A stretch of 59,997 nucleotides of DNA from Promethearchaeota archaeon. Lineage in GTDB: Archaea; Asgardarchaeota; Hermodarchaeia; Hermodarchaeales; Hermodarchaeaceae. Below the pieces are notes generated by a model, which was not told the origin of the DNA, searched no databases, and saw only the letters and a list, made by a program, of their open reading frames with translations. Location: positions 1 to 59,997 of the forward strand of contig JBHLMG010000015.1 in assembly GCA_048938385.1 (NCBI GenBank), given 5' to 3'. This document shows, piece after piece, positions 18,448 to 27,863 of this stretch; position 1 is the first letter of the stretch, and each line of letters opens with the position of its first letter. A program made the translations under genes and the position numbers.

Positions 18448-20028
18448 TTAGGCGGATTCAAAGAAGCCTTTGTTGAAGGAGTGAAATAGCAAGCGTTTTA
18501 CCATGGGTGCAGCAGGATTACCCCGGCCATATAGGAAGTAGACGAGTCCGCCGAAGATTGGTACAAAGAAGCTACTGACGAAGTTTTTCCATGAATTGAT
18601 TCGCAGTGGAGGCCGCCAGACATCGAGGTTGAACTCCCAAGAGCGAGTAAAAACCTCCCATTGCAAGTCTGTTAAGGCTTCAATTTCTGGTCGACTTCCC
18701 TTGCTCAAGATAGCTGGATGAAGCGGAACCCACAGAAGAGGGGTGACAAAGAGTTTCATACCTTTGAGGTCGTCAAGTAACTCAAGAGTTGCATTCACAT
18801 CTTCTTCTTCCTCTCCCGGTAATCCAACCAACCAAGTAGTAAGAGGAAACCATCGATTATCATTGAGGATTCCAATAGCCTGTTTGACGATTTGAGGCCA
18901 TTCTTCAGGTTTATATGGAAGTGCCTTACCCGCCATCCGTTGTTTGAACAAACGAACGCTTCCCGTCTCAACACCAGCCTCAGCAGTAACATACGACTTA
19001 CCGCCATGTTCGTAGCGCCCTTTCTCTACGAGAAGTTCAGCTACTTCTTCTGTACATTTTGGATCAGCAACAACCGGTGCAAGTGCAATGTGGGCTGGTT
19101 GAACATACCTGATTCCTTGAACAGCAACTAAGCGTTTAATGAGATTGACAACAGCTTTGCGATTGGGGATGAATTTTGAGGAATTCATGCCATAGAGAAA
19201 CAGATCCTCTGTGGCGAGGATAACCATTTCATCGCCTGCGGCTGCGTTAATATGCACTTCCTTCAGGATGTGTTCTAAGGGGAGAGAGAATCGGCGGCGG
19301 TGTGTGGGTGAACAAAATTGGCAACCTCTGCCACATCCCCGTGTGATTTCGACAGTACCGTGTAATGTTCCGCCTCGGATGGCGGGAATGTCTTCGATGG
19401 AAGAGATCTGTTCCCCTACGATGGTGGGAGGTATAGATTCCCCGTTGACAGCCTGATGAAAAAGGTCTACGACTTTCGGACCAACTTCACGAGTAATAAC
19501 ACAGTCAATGCCCAAGGCGTCTCGGGCATCTTTTCCTGCAACCTGCCAAGCTCCTGCACCACCCACAATTACCTTAGCCTGCCCTCGATCATGCGCCTTC
19601 GCAATTGGGCTGTTACGGAGTAAGCGACGAAACTCACGACGATTTCGCGGTTCAAAGCCCAAGGCGAACATTTCTGAGTAGGTGAGACTTACATAAGCAA
19701 TGCCTAGTGGATCCATACTGGAAACGCCAACGGCCTTGGTTTTGGCACCGATGAAGTGTTTGAGGTTGCTTGGGTGGACTACGGCAACTTCGTTTTCATC
19801 AAAGCCATTGTCCAAAAGGATCGCTTCTGCCTTTCTGAGCCCATAGGGGGCAAGTGTAGCTCGTTTATTCGGTAGATCATCTTCTTTTGGCATGTATAAC
19901 GGTTTAAGGAATCCAGGGATGAGCAGGAAGGAACCAGCGAAAGCCCCGAATGGATTATCTTTGAAATGGCTCATTTCAATTTCTGAAGCCGTAAGCACAA
20001 TTTTAGTGCCATTTTTTGGTGGATCCAT
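18448..20028 (-). CDS. Radical SAM protein with N-terminal B12-binding-like domain (archaeal family)
   Basis: EITRGCGRGCQFC (CxxxCxxC), APYGLRK.EA, SMDPLG, GVETGS. Confidence 0.9.
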   Translation of the reverse strand: MDPPKNGTKIVLTASEIEMSHFKDNPFGAFAGSFLLIPGFLKPLYMPKEDDLPNKRATLAPYGLRKAEAILLDNGFDENEVAVVHPSNLKHFIGAKTKAVGVSSMDPLGIAYVSLTYSEMFALGFEPRNRREFRRLLRNSPIAKAHDRGQAKVIVGGAGAWQVAGKDARDALGIDCVITREVGPKVVDLFHQAVNGESIPPTIVGEQISSIEDIPAIRGGTLHGTVEITRGCGRGCQFCSPTHRRRFSLPLEHILKEVHINAAAGDEMVILATEDLFLYGMNSSKFIPNRKAVVNLIKRLVAVQGIRYVQPAHIALAPVVADPKCTEEVAELLVEKGRYEHGGKSYVTAEAGVETGSVRLFKQRMAGKALPYKPEEWPQIVKQAIGILNDNRWFPLTTWLVGLPGEEEEDVNATLELLDDLKGMKLFVTPLLWVPLHPAILSKGSRPEIEALTDLQWEVFTRSWEFNLDVWRPPLRINSWKNFVSSFFVPIFGGLVYFLYGRGNPAAPMVKRLLFHSFNKGFFESA

Positions 20029-20165
20029 GGCACGCCTCCTATTGAGTGTACAGGAGCGGTGATTGTATTATTTCTGCACAAAAAGCTTATGTAATACTAA
20101 ACTCCTGAAATCTCATTTAGGTTTAGAAAAGACTAAAACAATGATGAATTGTCTAGTCAGAAGGT

Positions 20166-20624
20166 TTAGGGAATTTCGGTTTCAATCTGTTGCTTCAAAT
20201 TCTGCAGTGTTTGACGAGCATCTGTGCGTATCTGATCATCGAGCTTTTTTCGGATGGCTTCATCAATTTTCCGACCGAGGAACTCTTGAGGTAGGTTATA
20301 AGCTAGTTCATAAGTTACTCGCGTGCCGCTTGCAGTATGTTCAAAGAACCACTTTGCATCTTGGAATGGTTGACCAGAGAGAGAACGAACATGTAGAGTT
20401 CGACCCATCTGCAGCTCAACCACTTCCAGCTCTTGAGTGAACCGGAAGTCAAGAATGCTAACTCTCATAGCAAAACGGGCACCGACACCCCAAAGAGCTT
20501 CAGTGGTGGGATCATAGCTAGTGACTGATGCAATGAATTGCGAGGCGTTGCGATAGCTCACAGCGTATTTAAACACTTTCTCAAGGGGTGCATGAATTTC
20601 AATGCTCTCACTTATTTCAGTCAT
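20166..20624 (-). CDS. SRPBCC (START-like/polyketide cyclase) family protein
   Basis: SIEIHAPLEKVF, GVGARF, GTRVTYEL, C-terminal LQNLKQQIE helix. Confidence 0.85.
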   Translation of the reverse strand: MTEISESIEIHAPLEKVFKYAVSYRNASQFIASVTSYDPTTEALWGVGARFAMRVSILDFRFTQELEVVELQMGRTLHVRSLSGQPFQDAKWFFEHTASGTRVTYELAYNLPQEFLGRKIDEAIRKKLDDQIRTDARQTLQNLKQQIETEIP

Positions 20625-20669
20625 TTCGAGTATCCCTTTTACTTTTAGATGCTGTTGAACTCTTTAACA

Positions 20670-22067
20670 TTAACGATGTAAATACCACTCCCATTCTCTA
20701 TCTGTAACGACTTTCCGTGTATACTCATACCATTCAGCCTCTCGTATTCTTTGATAGAGTTGGGTGAATTCTTCTCCCAATATCTCGGTGATCACTGCAT
20801 CGCTTCTAAGTGCCTGGAGAGCCCCTCGTAATGAATCAGGCAGATGTTCAATGTTCAGTTTCTCTAAACGCTCTGTGGAGACATGATAAACATCGATAGT
20901 TGCAGGAGGTGGGGGTTCTAGCTGCCGTTCGATACCATCCAGACCTGCCCCCAATAAAGCGGCAAGAAGAAGATATGGATTCGCCAAGGGGTCAGGTGAA
21001 CGAAATTCTGCCGCTGCTTTATCACTCGTGGTAAAGAGGGGAATACGTACTAAAGCGGACCGATTCATATAACCCCATGCGATGTAAACTGGCGCTTCAA
21101 ATCCAGGAACGAGGCGCTTAAACGAATTCACAGTCGGATTTGCCAAGGCCGTGATAGCAGGAGCGTGTTGAAGAAGCCCTGCAACAAAGTGGCTTCCAGT
21201 GGGGGTGAGTGTACCATCGGACTCGCCAAGAAGATTCTGTTTCCCCTGCCAAAGCTGGAGGTGACAATGGAGACCGCTCCCAGCCTGATCCGGAAATGGC
21301 TTAGGCATAAAACTAACTTCAACATCATATAATGCTGCACACCGACGCAACAACAGTTTGAATAGAGTGAAGTTATCAGCTGCTCGTTTAACTTCAGTGA
21401 ATTCAAGTTCAATTTCCTGTTGGCTTGGACCATGCTCAGAATGTAACCATGCTGCCTCTATGCCAACTGCCCGGAGATCCAAGGCAGCCTCTAATAAAAT
21501 GTCAGCCCCTTGATTCTCGGGAAAAATGTCAGCGTAAACTGCGTCGTCTAAGGGAACTCCATCTTGGGTCAGCAAGTAGAATTCGGGTTCTAGTTTGACA
21601 CGGAGTTCCATTCCTTTTGCTGCCAGGCGATCAATAGCACGGTTAAGGATAGTTCGTGGAGAAAGAGGATGAAGTTCAAGACGACCGTTTGAAGCCCGTT
21701 GAAAAACATCTGAAATAACAACCGCCCTGCGTGGTTGACTATTTGGCAGTTCTTGGAGTGTGGAAAGATCTGGAACTAGGCGCAAATCAGAAGTTGAAAT
21801 CGATGTAAGACCTTTCACTGAAGAGCCATCGATACCACAACTAGGAACTGGTGTTGTTCCCTTTTGCAACGATGCGATTGTGTCCACGGGTTTGATGGGA
21901 ACAGTCATTCCTTTGGGTACGCCATCAATGTCGACGGTGAGTAATTCGATGAAATGAAGCTTGCCCCGACCTTCAGTTGAAATAGAGTTAGTAGGCACGA
22001 GGGTCACATCCTTTGATCGCTTGGAGCATACCGATGCTGTGTGACCTTTTAAAGCCTCACACATCAT
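20670..22067 (-). CDS. Glutamine synthetase family protein (GS or gamma-glutamyl ligase)
   Basis: DGSS, EPEFY, FMPKP, GSGLHCH, NSFKRLVPGFEAP, NRSALVRIP, EFRSPDP; start uncertain. Confidence 0.85.
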   Translation of the reverse strand: MMCEALKGHTASVCSKRSKDVTLVPTNSISTEGRGKLHFIELLTVDIDGVPKGMTVPIKPVDTIASLQKGTTPVPSCGIDGSSVKGLTSISTSDLRLVPDLSTLQELPNSQPRRAVVISDVFQRASNGRLELHPLSPRTILNRAIDRLAAKGMELRVKLEPEFYLLTQDGVPLDDAVYADIFPENQGADILLEAALDLRAVGIEAAWLHSEHGPSQQEIELEFTEVKRAADNFTLFKLLLRRCAALYDVEVSFMPKPFPDQAGSGLHCHLQLWQGKQNLLGESDGTLTPTGSHFVAGLLQHAPAITALANPTVNSFKRLVPGFEAPVYIAWGYMNRSALVRIPLFTTSDKAAAEFRSPDPLANPYLLLAALLGAGLDGIERQLEPPPPATIDVYHVSTERLEKLNIEHLPDSLRGALQALRSDAVITEILGEEFTQLYQRIREAEWYEYTRKVVTDREWEWYLHR

Positions 22068-22147
22068 CTATAGGATAGCATTCTTTTTTGGGTGTGGATA
22101 AACTTATCTGGAGAAATTCTCTTTGGACCATACAGAGGGTACAGAAT

Positions 22148-24082
22148 ATGAAAGGGGCGCATCAACTATTTCTTTTATTGTTCTCATTACTCCTCTTTGT
22201 CGCACCACCTGAGATTCCATTTCCACAAAAGATTTCCACACCTGTTTGGCAAGACCCTATTCCAGTTACAAACCCTACTGAAGTATTAGATTTCATCACA
22301 TTAATGAAAAACCCATTGCAGGGCAGTACAGCCCGCAAGTGGACAATTCTCATCTATATGGCAGCAGATAGCGGATCAGAAACTGCAGCCATCGCTGATA
22401 TTAAGGAAATGGAACAAATTGGCGGAAATAATCAAATCAACATTCTCGTGTATGTTGATTTTGAATCCAACACTACTGGTGTTAACCTCGGAGCCTCAAC
22501 ATATAATATCACCCAAAATGGCGACCCTGAAGGTAACGCTATTCTATCCCCTCCCTTGATTACACCACTCGCAAGTTATCCCAATATGGGAGATCCTCTG
22601 ACCCTGTTAAACTTCATTGTGTTCGGGCAACACTATTCAGTAGCTGATCACTATCTCCTCATCCTTTGGGGTCTGGGAGCAGGTTATGAGGGAGTCTGTT
22701 ATGATGAAGGAAATGATGATTGGCTATTGCCCTTTGAAATTACAACCGTTTTTGAGAATTCAACTGTTGAGCCCATCGATATTGTCGCATTTGATGCATC
22801 ATTCATGGGACAGCTTGAAGTTGTGTATGAACTTCGTGACAGTACGAATCTTCTACTTTCCTCAGAAACCACTATTCCAAAGGAACATTTCCCTTATCAA
22901 GCGTTTCTATATAGTCTTAGTCTCTATCCAGACAGTCCCCCTCAGGCATTAGCTGTAGAAATTGGTTTCCGCTATATTGAAGCTTATTCATTTGGTGGTA
23001 CCTACTATGGCAACTACCTTATTCCGCCCACGAATTTGTGTATATCCGTTGTCAACACCACCCGTTTGGTAGGCGTGATGACCTGGTTTACCCGCCTACT
23101 CAACACCCTCCTTACCTCGAACACACTCCTAGAACAATATTCAGCAATTAGTGGAGCGAGAGGAAACACTCTACAATTCGCCCTACCCCAAGTGATTGAC
23201 CTCGGAGCCTTTGGTTACCAAATTGCCCAACAGCTTCCCCTATTAGTGACTGGTTCATTAGGATACAACCTTACCTTAGACATTCTGAATGCCGTGATCT
23301 ATGAACGACATATGTCTGATGCCACCGGAGCTAGTGGACTGAGCGTCTTCTTAGCAGAACACGGGTTAGCATCTTTGAGTTTGCTAAACGACACTCATTT
23401 CGAAGAGTTCATCCAAGCATTCCACGCCATTGGTGAAACGCCCGCAAGCGGCCCAATTTTTCCCCAATCAGGGCAGATCAACGGCTATTTAGATGGAGCA
23501 AATGATTCTGTATACTTCAGATGGATTGCCCAGGCTTCAGTAGTTCACACCCTTCAACTCACGGCTTATCAAACTGGTGATGAGGATTTTGACTTGTACC
23601 TCTACGATGCGAACATGAACCTTCTGGATCAATCAGTCGATATATCTTCAACTGAGATAATTCAATATGCCGTCATTCAAGGCCAAACCTATTACATTCG
23701 TGTACATTCCTATCCGAGTAAAGATGTAACATTTGGGATAGGTGCTTGCCGCCTCACCTTGACTCCAAGCACAGGGATTAATCCCATCATCTTTGTACTA
23801 TTAGCAGCAACGATTATCGGGATCGCCATTCTCGTGGTTTTCTTATATCTAGTGTTGCGGCGTGTATGGCTGTATGTGTTGTCACAACGGCAACGAAGAC
23901 GAACTACCCAGGAACAAATCGCTGAAAATCCGTCCGCTCTGAGTAAAGAATCCATTAACCAAATGGATTGTTCCGAGTGTGGTGAAGCGTATCCGCCTGG
24001 AGCTCGATTTTGTCCGAACTGTGGAGGAAATACGACCAATCATCGGAAACCAGATAATAATCCGTTAAATCCAGTAGATTAG
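22148..24082 (+). CDS. Secreted/membrane-anchored clostripain (peptidase C11)-like protein with PPC domain, TM helix and cytoplasmic Zn ribbon; catalytic residues substituted
   Basis: Signal peptide; KWTILIYMAAD, NMGDP.TL.NF, LILWGLGAG, FDASFMG; DEDFDLYLYD...YYIRVHSY (PPC); TM; CSECG..FCPNCG. Confidence 0.8.
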   Translation: MKGAHQLFLLLFSLLLFVAPPEIPFPQKISTPVWQDPIPVTNPTEVLDFITLMKNPLQGSTARKWTILIYMAADSGSETAAIADIKEMEQIGGNNQINILVYVDFESNTTGVNLGASTYNITQNGDPEGNAILSPPLITPLASYPNMGDPLTLLNFIVFGQHYSVADHYLLILWGLGAGYEGVCYDEGNDDWLLPFEITTVFENSTVEPIDIVAFDASFMGQLEVVYELRDSTNLLLSSETTIPKEHFPYQAFLYSLSLYPDSPPQALAVEIGFRYIEAYSFGGTYYGNYLIPPTNLCISVVNTTRLVGVMTWFTRLLNTLLTSNTLLEQYSAISGARGNTLQFALPQVIDLGAFGYQIAQQLPLLVTGSLGYNLTLDILNAVIYERHMSDATGASGLSVFLAEHGLASLSLLNDTHFEEFIQAFHAIGETPASGPIFPQSGQINGYLDGANDSVYFRWIAQASVVHTLQLTAYQTGDEDFDLYLYDANMNLLDQSVDISSTEIIQYAVIQGQTYYIRVHSYPSKDVTFGIGACRLTLTPSTGINPIIFVLLAATIIGIAILVVFLYLVLRRVWLYVLSQRQRRRTTQEQIAENPSALSKESINQMDCSECGEAYPPGARFCPNCGGNTTNHRKPDNNPLNPVD

Positions 24083-25884
24083 TCCTTTGTAAGTGCTTCG
24101 TATTCTTGGATGAATTCTTCAGCTTGTTTCATACCTAACTCCCAAAACTTTGGAGACGCAATATCAAAACCCAATTCTGCGGCAAGTTCACGCGGGGAGT
24201 AGCGACTTCCTGAAGATAATATGCGTTTAAGTTTAGGCACAAATTCCTTGCCTTCTTCCTTGTAAAGGCGGTAGAGAGCGTAAACGAGTAGTTGGGCAAA
24301 GATGTATGGATAATTGTAGAACCGAAAGTTCGGTAAATAATAATGTGGAACATAGGTCCATTTCCATTTGCTTTCTGGAAGCCATTCAACTTCGTTAGCG
24401 AAAATACGGTCTCGACTCTGTTCCCAGTATTTCGCTATAGTTTCACCATCTAAATACTCGCCTTTGTTGAAAGCATCGTAAAGATCTTCTTCAAAGAAAT
24501 AGTATGCACTAATTTGGAAAACTGACAAAGTGAAGCCATCAAGGACGCGGCTTAATATCGTCAGTTGTTCCTGTTTTGTCTTCGCTTCAGAAAGGAGCTT
24601 ATCAGTGAGGAGGAGTTCGCCAAAAACGCTTCCAACCTCTGCGATACACATACCAATTTCCGTGTTCACTTGCGTTTGGTTTGTAGCCATGAGGTAACTA
24701 TGAACCGCGTGACCATTTTCATGAATCATGGTATATAGATCTCCAAGAGTTCCAGTGAAGCTTTGGAGAATATACCCGAGTTTTCCCTTGTACCAAGGGG
24801 AGAAGAAGGCCCCACCGGTTTTTCCTTTCCGAACTTCACTATCAATATGGCGTTTATCGAACATCTCTTGAACAATCTTGGCTAAGTCAGCGTCAAAGTT
24901 CTGATAAGTGGCAATCACTGTCTGCCTTATAGTTTTCCAATCGTATTTCATATCAGGCATATTGGGAAGAGGAGCGACGAGATCCCACCCTCCAAGTTTC
25001 TTGATACCCATTATTTTCGCCTTAGAGCGGAGATAGCGGTGGAAAAGTTTCACATTATCCTCGACGGTATTCATGAGAGCATCGATGGTCTCATCATCTA
25101 CATCATTATCAATTAAGCTTTGAGCACGAGGAGAAGGATATTTCCGCATTTTGCTCGTTTCGATGTGATCCCCCACGACAGATCGCAGGGCGCTAGCCCA
25201 AAGAATCTCATCCTCCCCTAAACTCAAGTATTCCAAACTGCGTGTAGATTTCCGAATATCCCGATTCGGATGCTCAGCTAAGCTATACATTTCAGCAAAG
25301 GTTATGGTTTTTTGTTCTCCCTCAATATCTATATCATATGTTCGCGTAGATAACCAGTCACTTTGGAATTGAGCCCAACTGTCAATACCAAATCGGTCCT
25401 TTTGCAGAATCAGTTGCTCTTCGACATCACTAAGCATGTGGGGAGCTTTGCGCTTTGCTCGTTCGAGGGCATGCTTATATTCTGCTAACTCCGGATGATT
25501 AATGAGGCTAGGTTTTGCGGCAACTAAATGAGATAATTCGATTTCTTGAAACGCTAGAATCTGATTGATTTTCATGTACATCCGCCGAGCAAGATCTCCT
25601 ACCTGTTTAGCTACAGGGTCCAAAGAGTCGGCATCATAGCTCAGTTTCATGAATTTGTATGTGCCTTCTAACTCAATGTAAAACTCCTCGCTTTTAGCGA
25701 AATGAACTCTCAATTCCTTGGCACTCAAAGACGCAATCTTGCCTTTGTACTCCTTTGCAAGCTGTTCTGCAGCCTCAACGTGTTGTTCGATAAGCTTCTT
25801 GATATCATCAAGTTTTGTTGATGGAACCAAGGGAGAGAGGTCCCATGCCTGACCTTGGGTGGTCATGATTATTCGCCTGGACAC
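24079..25884 (-). CDS. pepF: Oligoendopeptidase F (M3B), paralog 2
   Basis: WDLSPL, RKGKTGGAF, HENGHAVH, AEVGSVFGE, FYNYPY. Confidence 0.92.
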   Translation of the reverse strand: MSRRIIMTTQGQAWDLSPLVPSTKLDDIKKLIEQHVEAAEQLAKEYKGKIASLSAKELRVHFAKSEEFYIELEGTYKFMKLSYDADSLDPVAKQVGDLARRMYMKINQILAFQEIELSHLVAAKPSLINHPELAEYKHALERAKRKAPHMLSDVEEQLILQKDRFGIDSWAQFQSDWLSTRTYDIDIEGEQKTITFAEMYSLAEHPNRDIRKSTRSLEYLSLGEDEILWASALRSVVGDHIETSKMRKYPSPRAQSLIDNDVDDETIDALMNTVEDNVKLFHRYLRSKAKIMGIKKLGGWDLVAPLPNMPDMKYDWKTIRQTVIATYQNFDADLAKIVQEMFDKRHIDSEVRKGKTGGAFFSPWYKGKLGYILQSFTGTLGDLYTMIHENGHAVHSYLMATNQTQVNTEIGMCIAEVGSVFGELLLTDKLLSEAKTKQEQLTILSRVLDGFTLSVFQISAYYFFEEDLYDAFNKGEYLDGETIAKYWEQSRDRIFANEVEWLPESKWKWTYVPHYYLPNFRFYNYPYIFAQLLVYALYRLYKEEGKEFVPKLKRILSSGSRYSPRELAAELGFDIASPKFWELGMKQAEEFIQEYEALTKD

Positions 25885-25992
25885 ATTCTGTGAGCGATTA
25901 GGATAAAAGTGAGATGGATTGTAAGCTTCTCTTCTCTAGAGAACTATTATTTAGCTTCGGATTTTCTCTCTCAGTTAAGCTCGGTGTTAGGT

Positions 25993-27780
25993 CTAAGAGA
26001 GAGCTTCGATTTGTTCGATGAAATCCTTCGCTTGTTCCATTCCTTTTGTCCAGAACTCTTTTTTCGTAATATCAAATCCTAGTTCAGCGGCTAAAGCTCG
26101 AGGAGAGATCGTGGACCCAGAAGAGAGGATCCGTTTAAGCTTCAAGGCAAAGGTTTTCCCTTCTTCTTTGTATAACCGATATAAGGCAAATACAAAGAGT
26201 TGGGCAAACACATAGGGCCAGTTGTAGTAGCGGAAGTTGGCGAGGTAGTAATGTTGTTTCATGGTCCACTCCCACTTCATTTCTGGAAGCCACTCGATGG
26301 CATTACCGTAGATTTTATCGCGACCTTTAACCCAGTACTTTGCGATAGTTTCACCATCTAGATACTCCCCTTGTTCAAACGCTTCATAGAGATAGGTTTC
26401 GAAGAAGTATCGTGCACTCACTTGAAATGTAGCCATGCCGAACTCGTCTAGAATGCGTGCTAAAACTTCAATTTTCTCCTTGTCAGTTGTCGCGGCTGAA
26501 ATTAAATTATCTGCAAGAAGCAGTTCACCAAAGGTACTACCAACCTCAGCGATGCCATAGCTAATGTCTGTATTGAGTGGTGAAAGATCTCGAAACATAA
26601 GAGTACCGTGAACAGCGTGCCCGTTTTCGTGAGCGAGTGTAAAGACATCACCAAGGTTGCCATTAAAGCTACACAGGATAAAACCGCTTTTTCCTCCGTG
26701 CCATCTAGAAAAGAAGGCTCCAGAGCGTTTACCCTTACGCACTTCTCCATCAATACGGTTTTTCTTAAACATGTCAATGACAATATCAGCGAGTTGATCA
26801 TCGATAGTCTTGTAAACATCCACGACAAGTCTCTTAGCCTCTTCCCAAGTGAAATTTCGTTCAGGCATACCAGGGAGTGGAGCAACAATATCCCAGTTCC
26901 CGAGCTTAGGAAGCCCCATAATTTTGGCTTTAACATTAAGGTATCGCCGATAGAGATCTGCATTGTCTTCGATTGTCGACATGAGGGCATCAATGGTTTC
27001 GCTGTCGACATCATTATCAATAAGACTTTGACTGCGGGGTTCTAGCCATTTGCGACATTTACTCACTTCAATGTGGTCACCCACGATGGCTCGGAGAGCG
27101 CTAGCCCAAACGATTTCATCCTCTCCAAGGTTAGTATATACCACGCTATTGGCAGCTTTCCGAAGCTCACGATTAGGATGTTCGTATAAGGCAATGATTT
27201 CACCATAGGGCATCTCTCTCATTTTACCATCAATTTCGATATGGAACATGCGTGTTGAGAGCCAGTCTCCTTGCAGCTGCTGCCAAGCGTTAATGCCAAA
27301 GCGGTCCTTTTGCAGAATCCATTGCTCTTCGATTTCACTTAACATATGCGGTGCCCGGCGCTTATAGCGCTCCAAAGTGTGGCTGTACTCAACAAGGTCG
27401 GGGTGTTCAATTAGCTCTGGCTTCGCAGCAACGAGCTTAGATAATTCAATGTCCTCATAGGCCAGGATTTGAGCGATTTTTGTACCTAGTCGTCGGGCAA
27501 GATCAGCGAGTTTTTTCGCAGTTTCATCCAATGAATTTGCAGAATAACTTAAGGAAGCGTATCGGAAAGGGCCTTCCCTAGCCAACCAGAGTTTTTCCCC
27601 GCGTTTGATATAATTGTTCAGTGCCTTAGCATCCATGTCTGTGATTTTGCCTTTATACTTTGCCGCGTGTTCTTCCGCATCTTTGACGGCTTTATCCATC
27701 AAAGCTTTGATATCATCCAGTTTAGTTGAAGGGACGAGAGGGGAGAGGTCCCACGGTTTTGCTTTCACAGTCATTTTCAA
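25993..27780 (-). CDS. pepF: Oligoendopeptidase F (M3B), paralog 1
   Basis: WDLSPL, RKGKRSGAF, TLAHENGHAVH, AEVGSTFGE, YYNWPY. Confidence 0.92.
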   Translation of the reverse strand: MKMTVKAKPWDLSPLVPSTKLDDIKALMDKAVKDAEEHAAKYKGKITDMDAKALNNYIKRGEKLWLAREGPFRYASLSYSANSLDETAKKLADLARRLGTKIAQILAYEDIELSKLVAAKPELIEHPDLVEYSHTLERYKRRAPHMLSEIEEQWILQKDRFGINAWQQLQGDWLSTRMFHIEIDGKMREMPYGEIIALYEHPNRELRKAANSVVYTNLGEDEIVWASALRAIVGDHIEVSKCRKWLEPRSQSLIDNDVDSETIDALMSTIEDNADLYRRYLNVKAKIMGLPKLGNWDIVAPLPGMPERNFTWEEAKRLVVDVYKTIDDQLADIVIDMFKKNRIDGEVRKGKRSGAFFSRWHGGKSGFILCSFNGNLGDVFTLAHENGHAVHGTLMFRDLSPLNTDISYGIAEVGSTFGELLLADNLISAATTDKEKIEVLARILDEFGMATFQVSARYFFETYLYEAFEQGEYLDGETIAKYWVKGRDKIYGNAIEWLPEMKWEWTMKQHYYLANFRYYNWPYVFAQLFVFALYRLYKEEGKTFALKLKRILSSGSTISPRALAAELGFDITKKEFWTKGMEQAKDFIEQIEALS

Positions 27781-27863
27781 AACCCCGAGTGTTCACTGTT
27801 CTCAGCGTCTCATCTTAAAAGTCCAATGGATAGCATATATTCTAGTTTTTCATAGAATTGATG

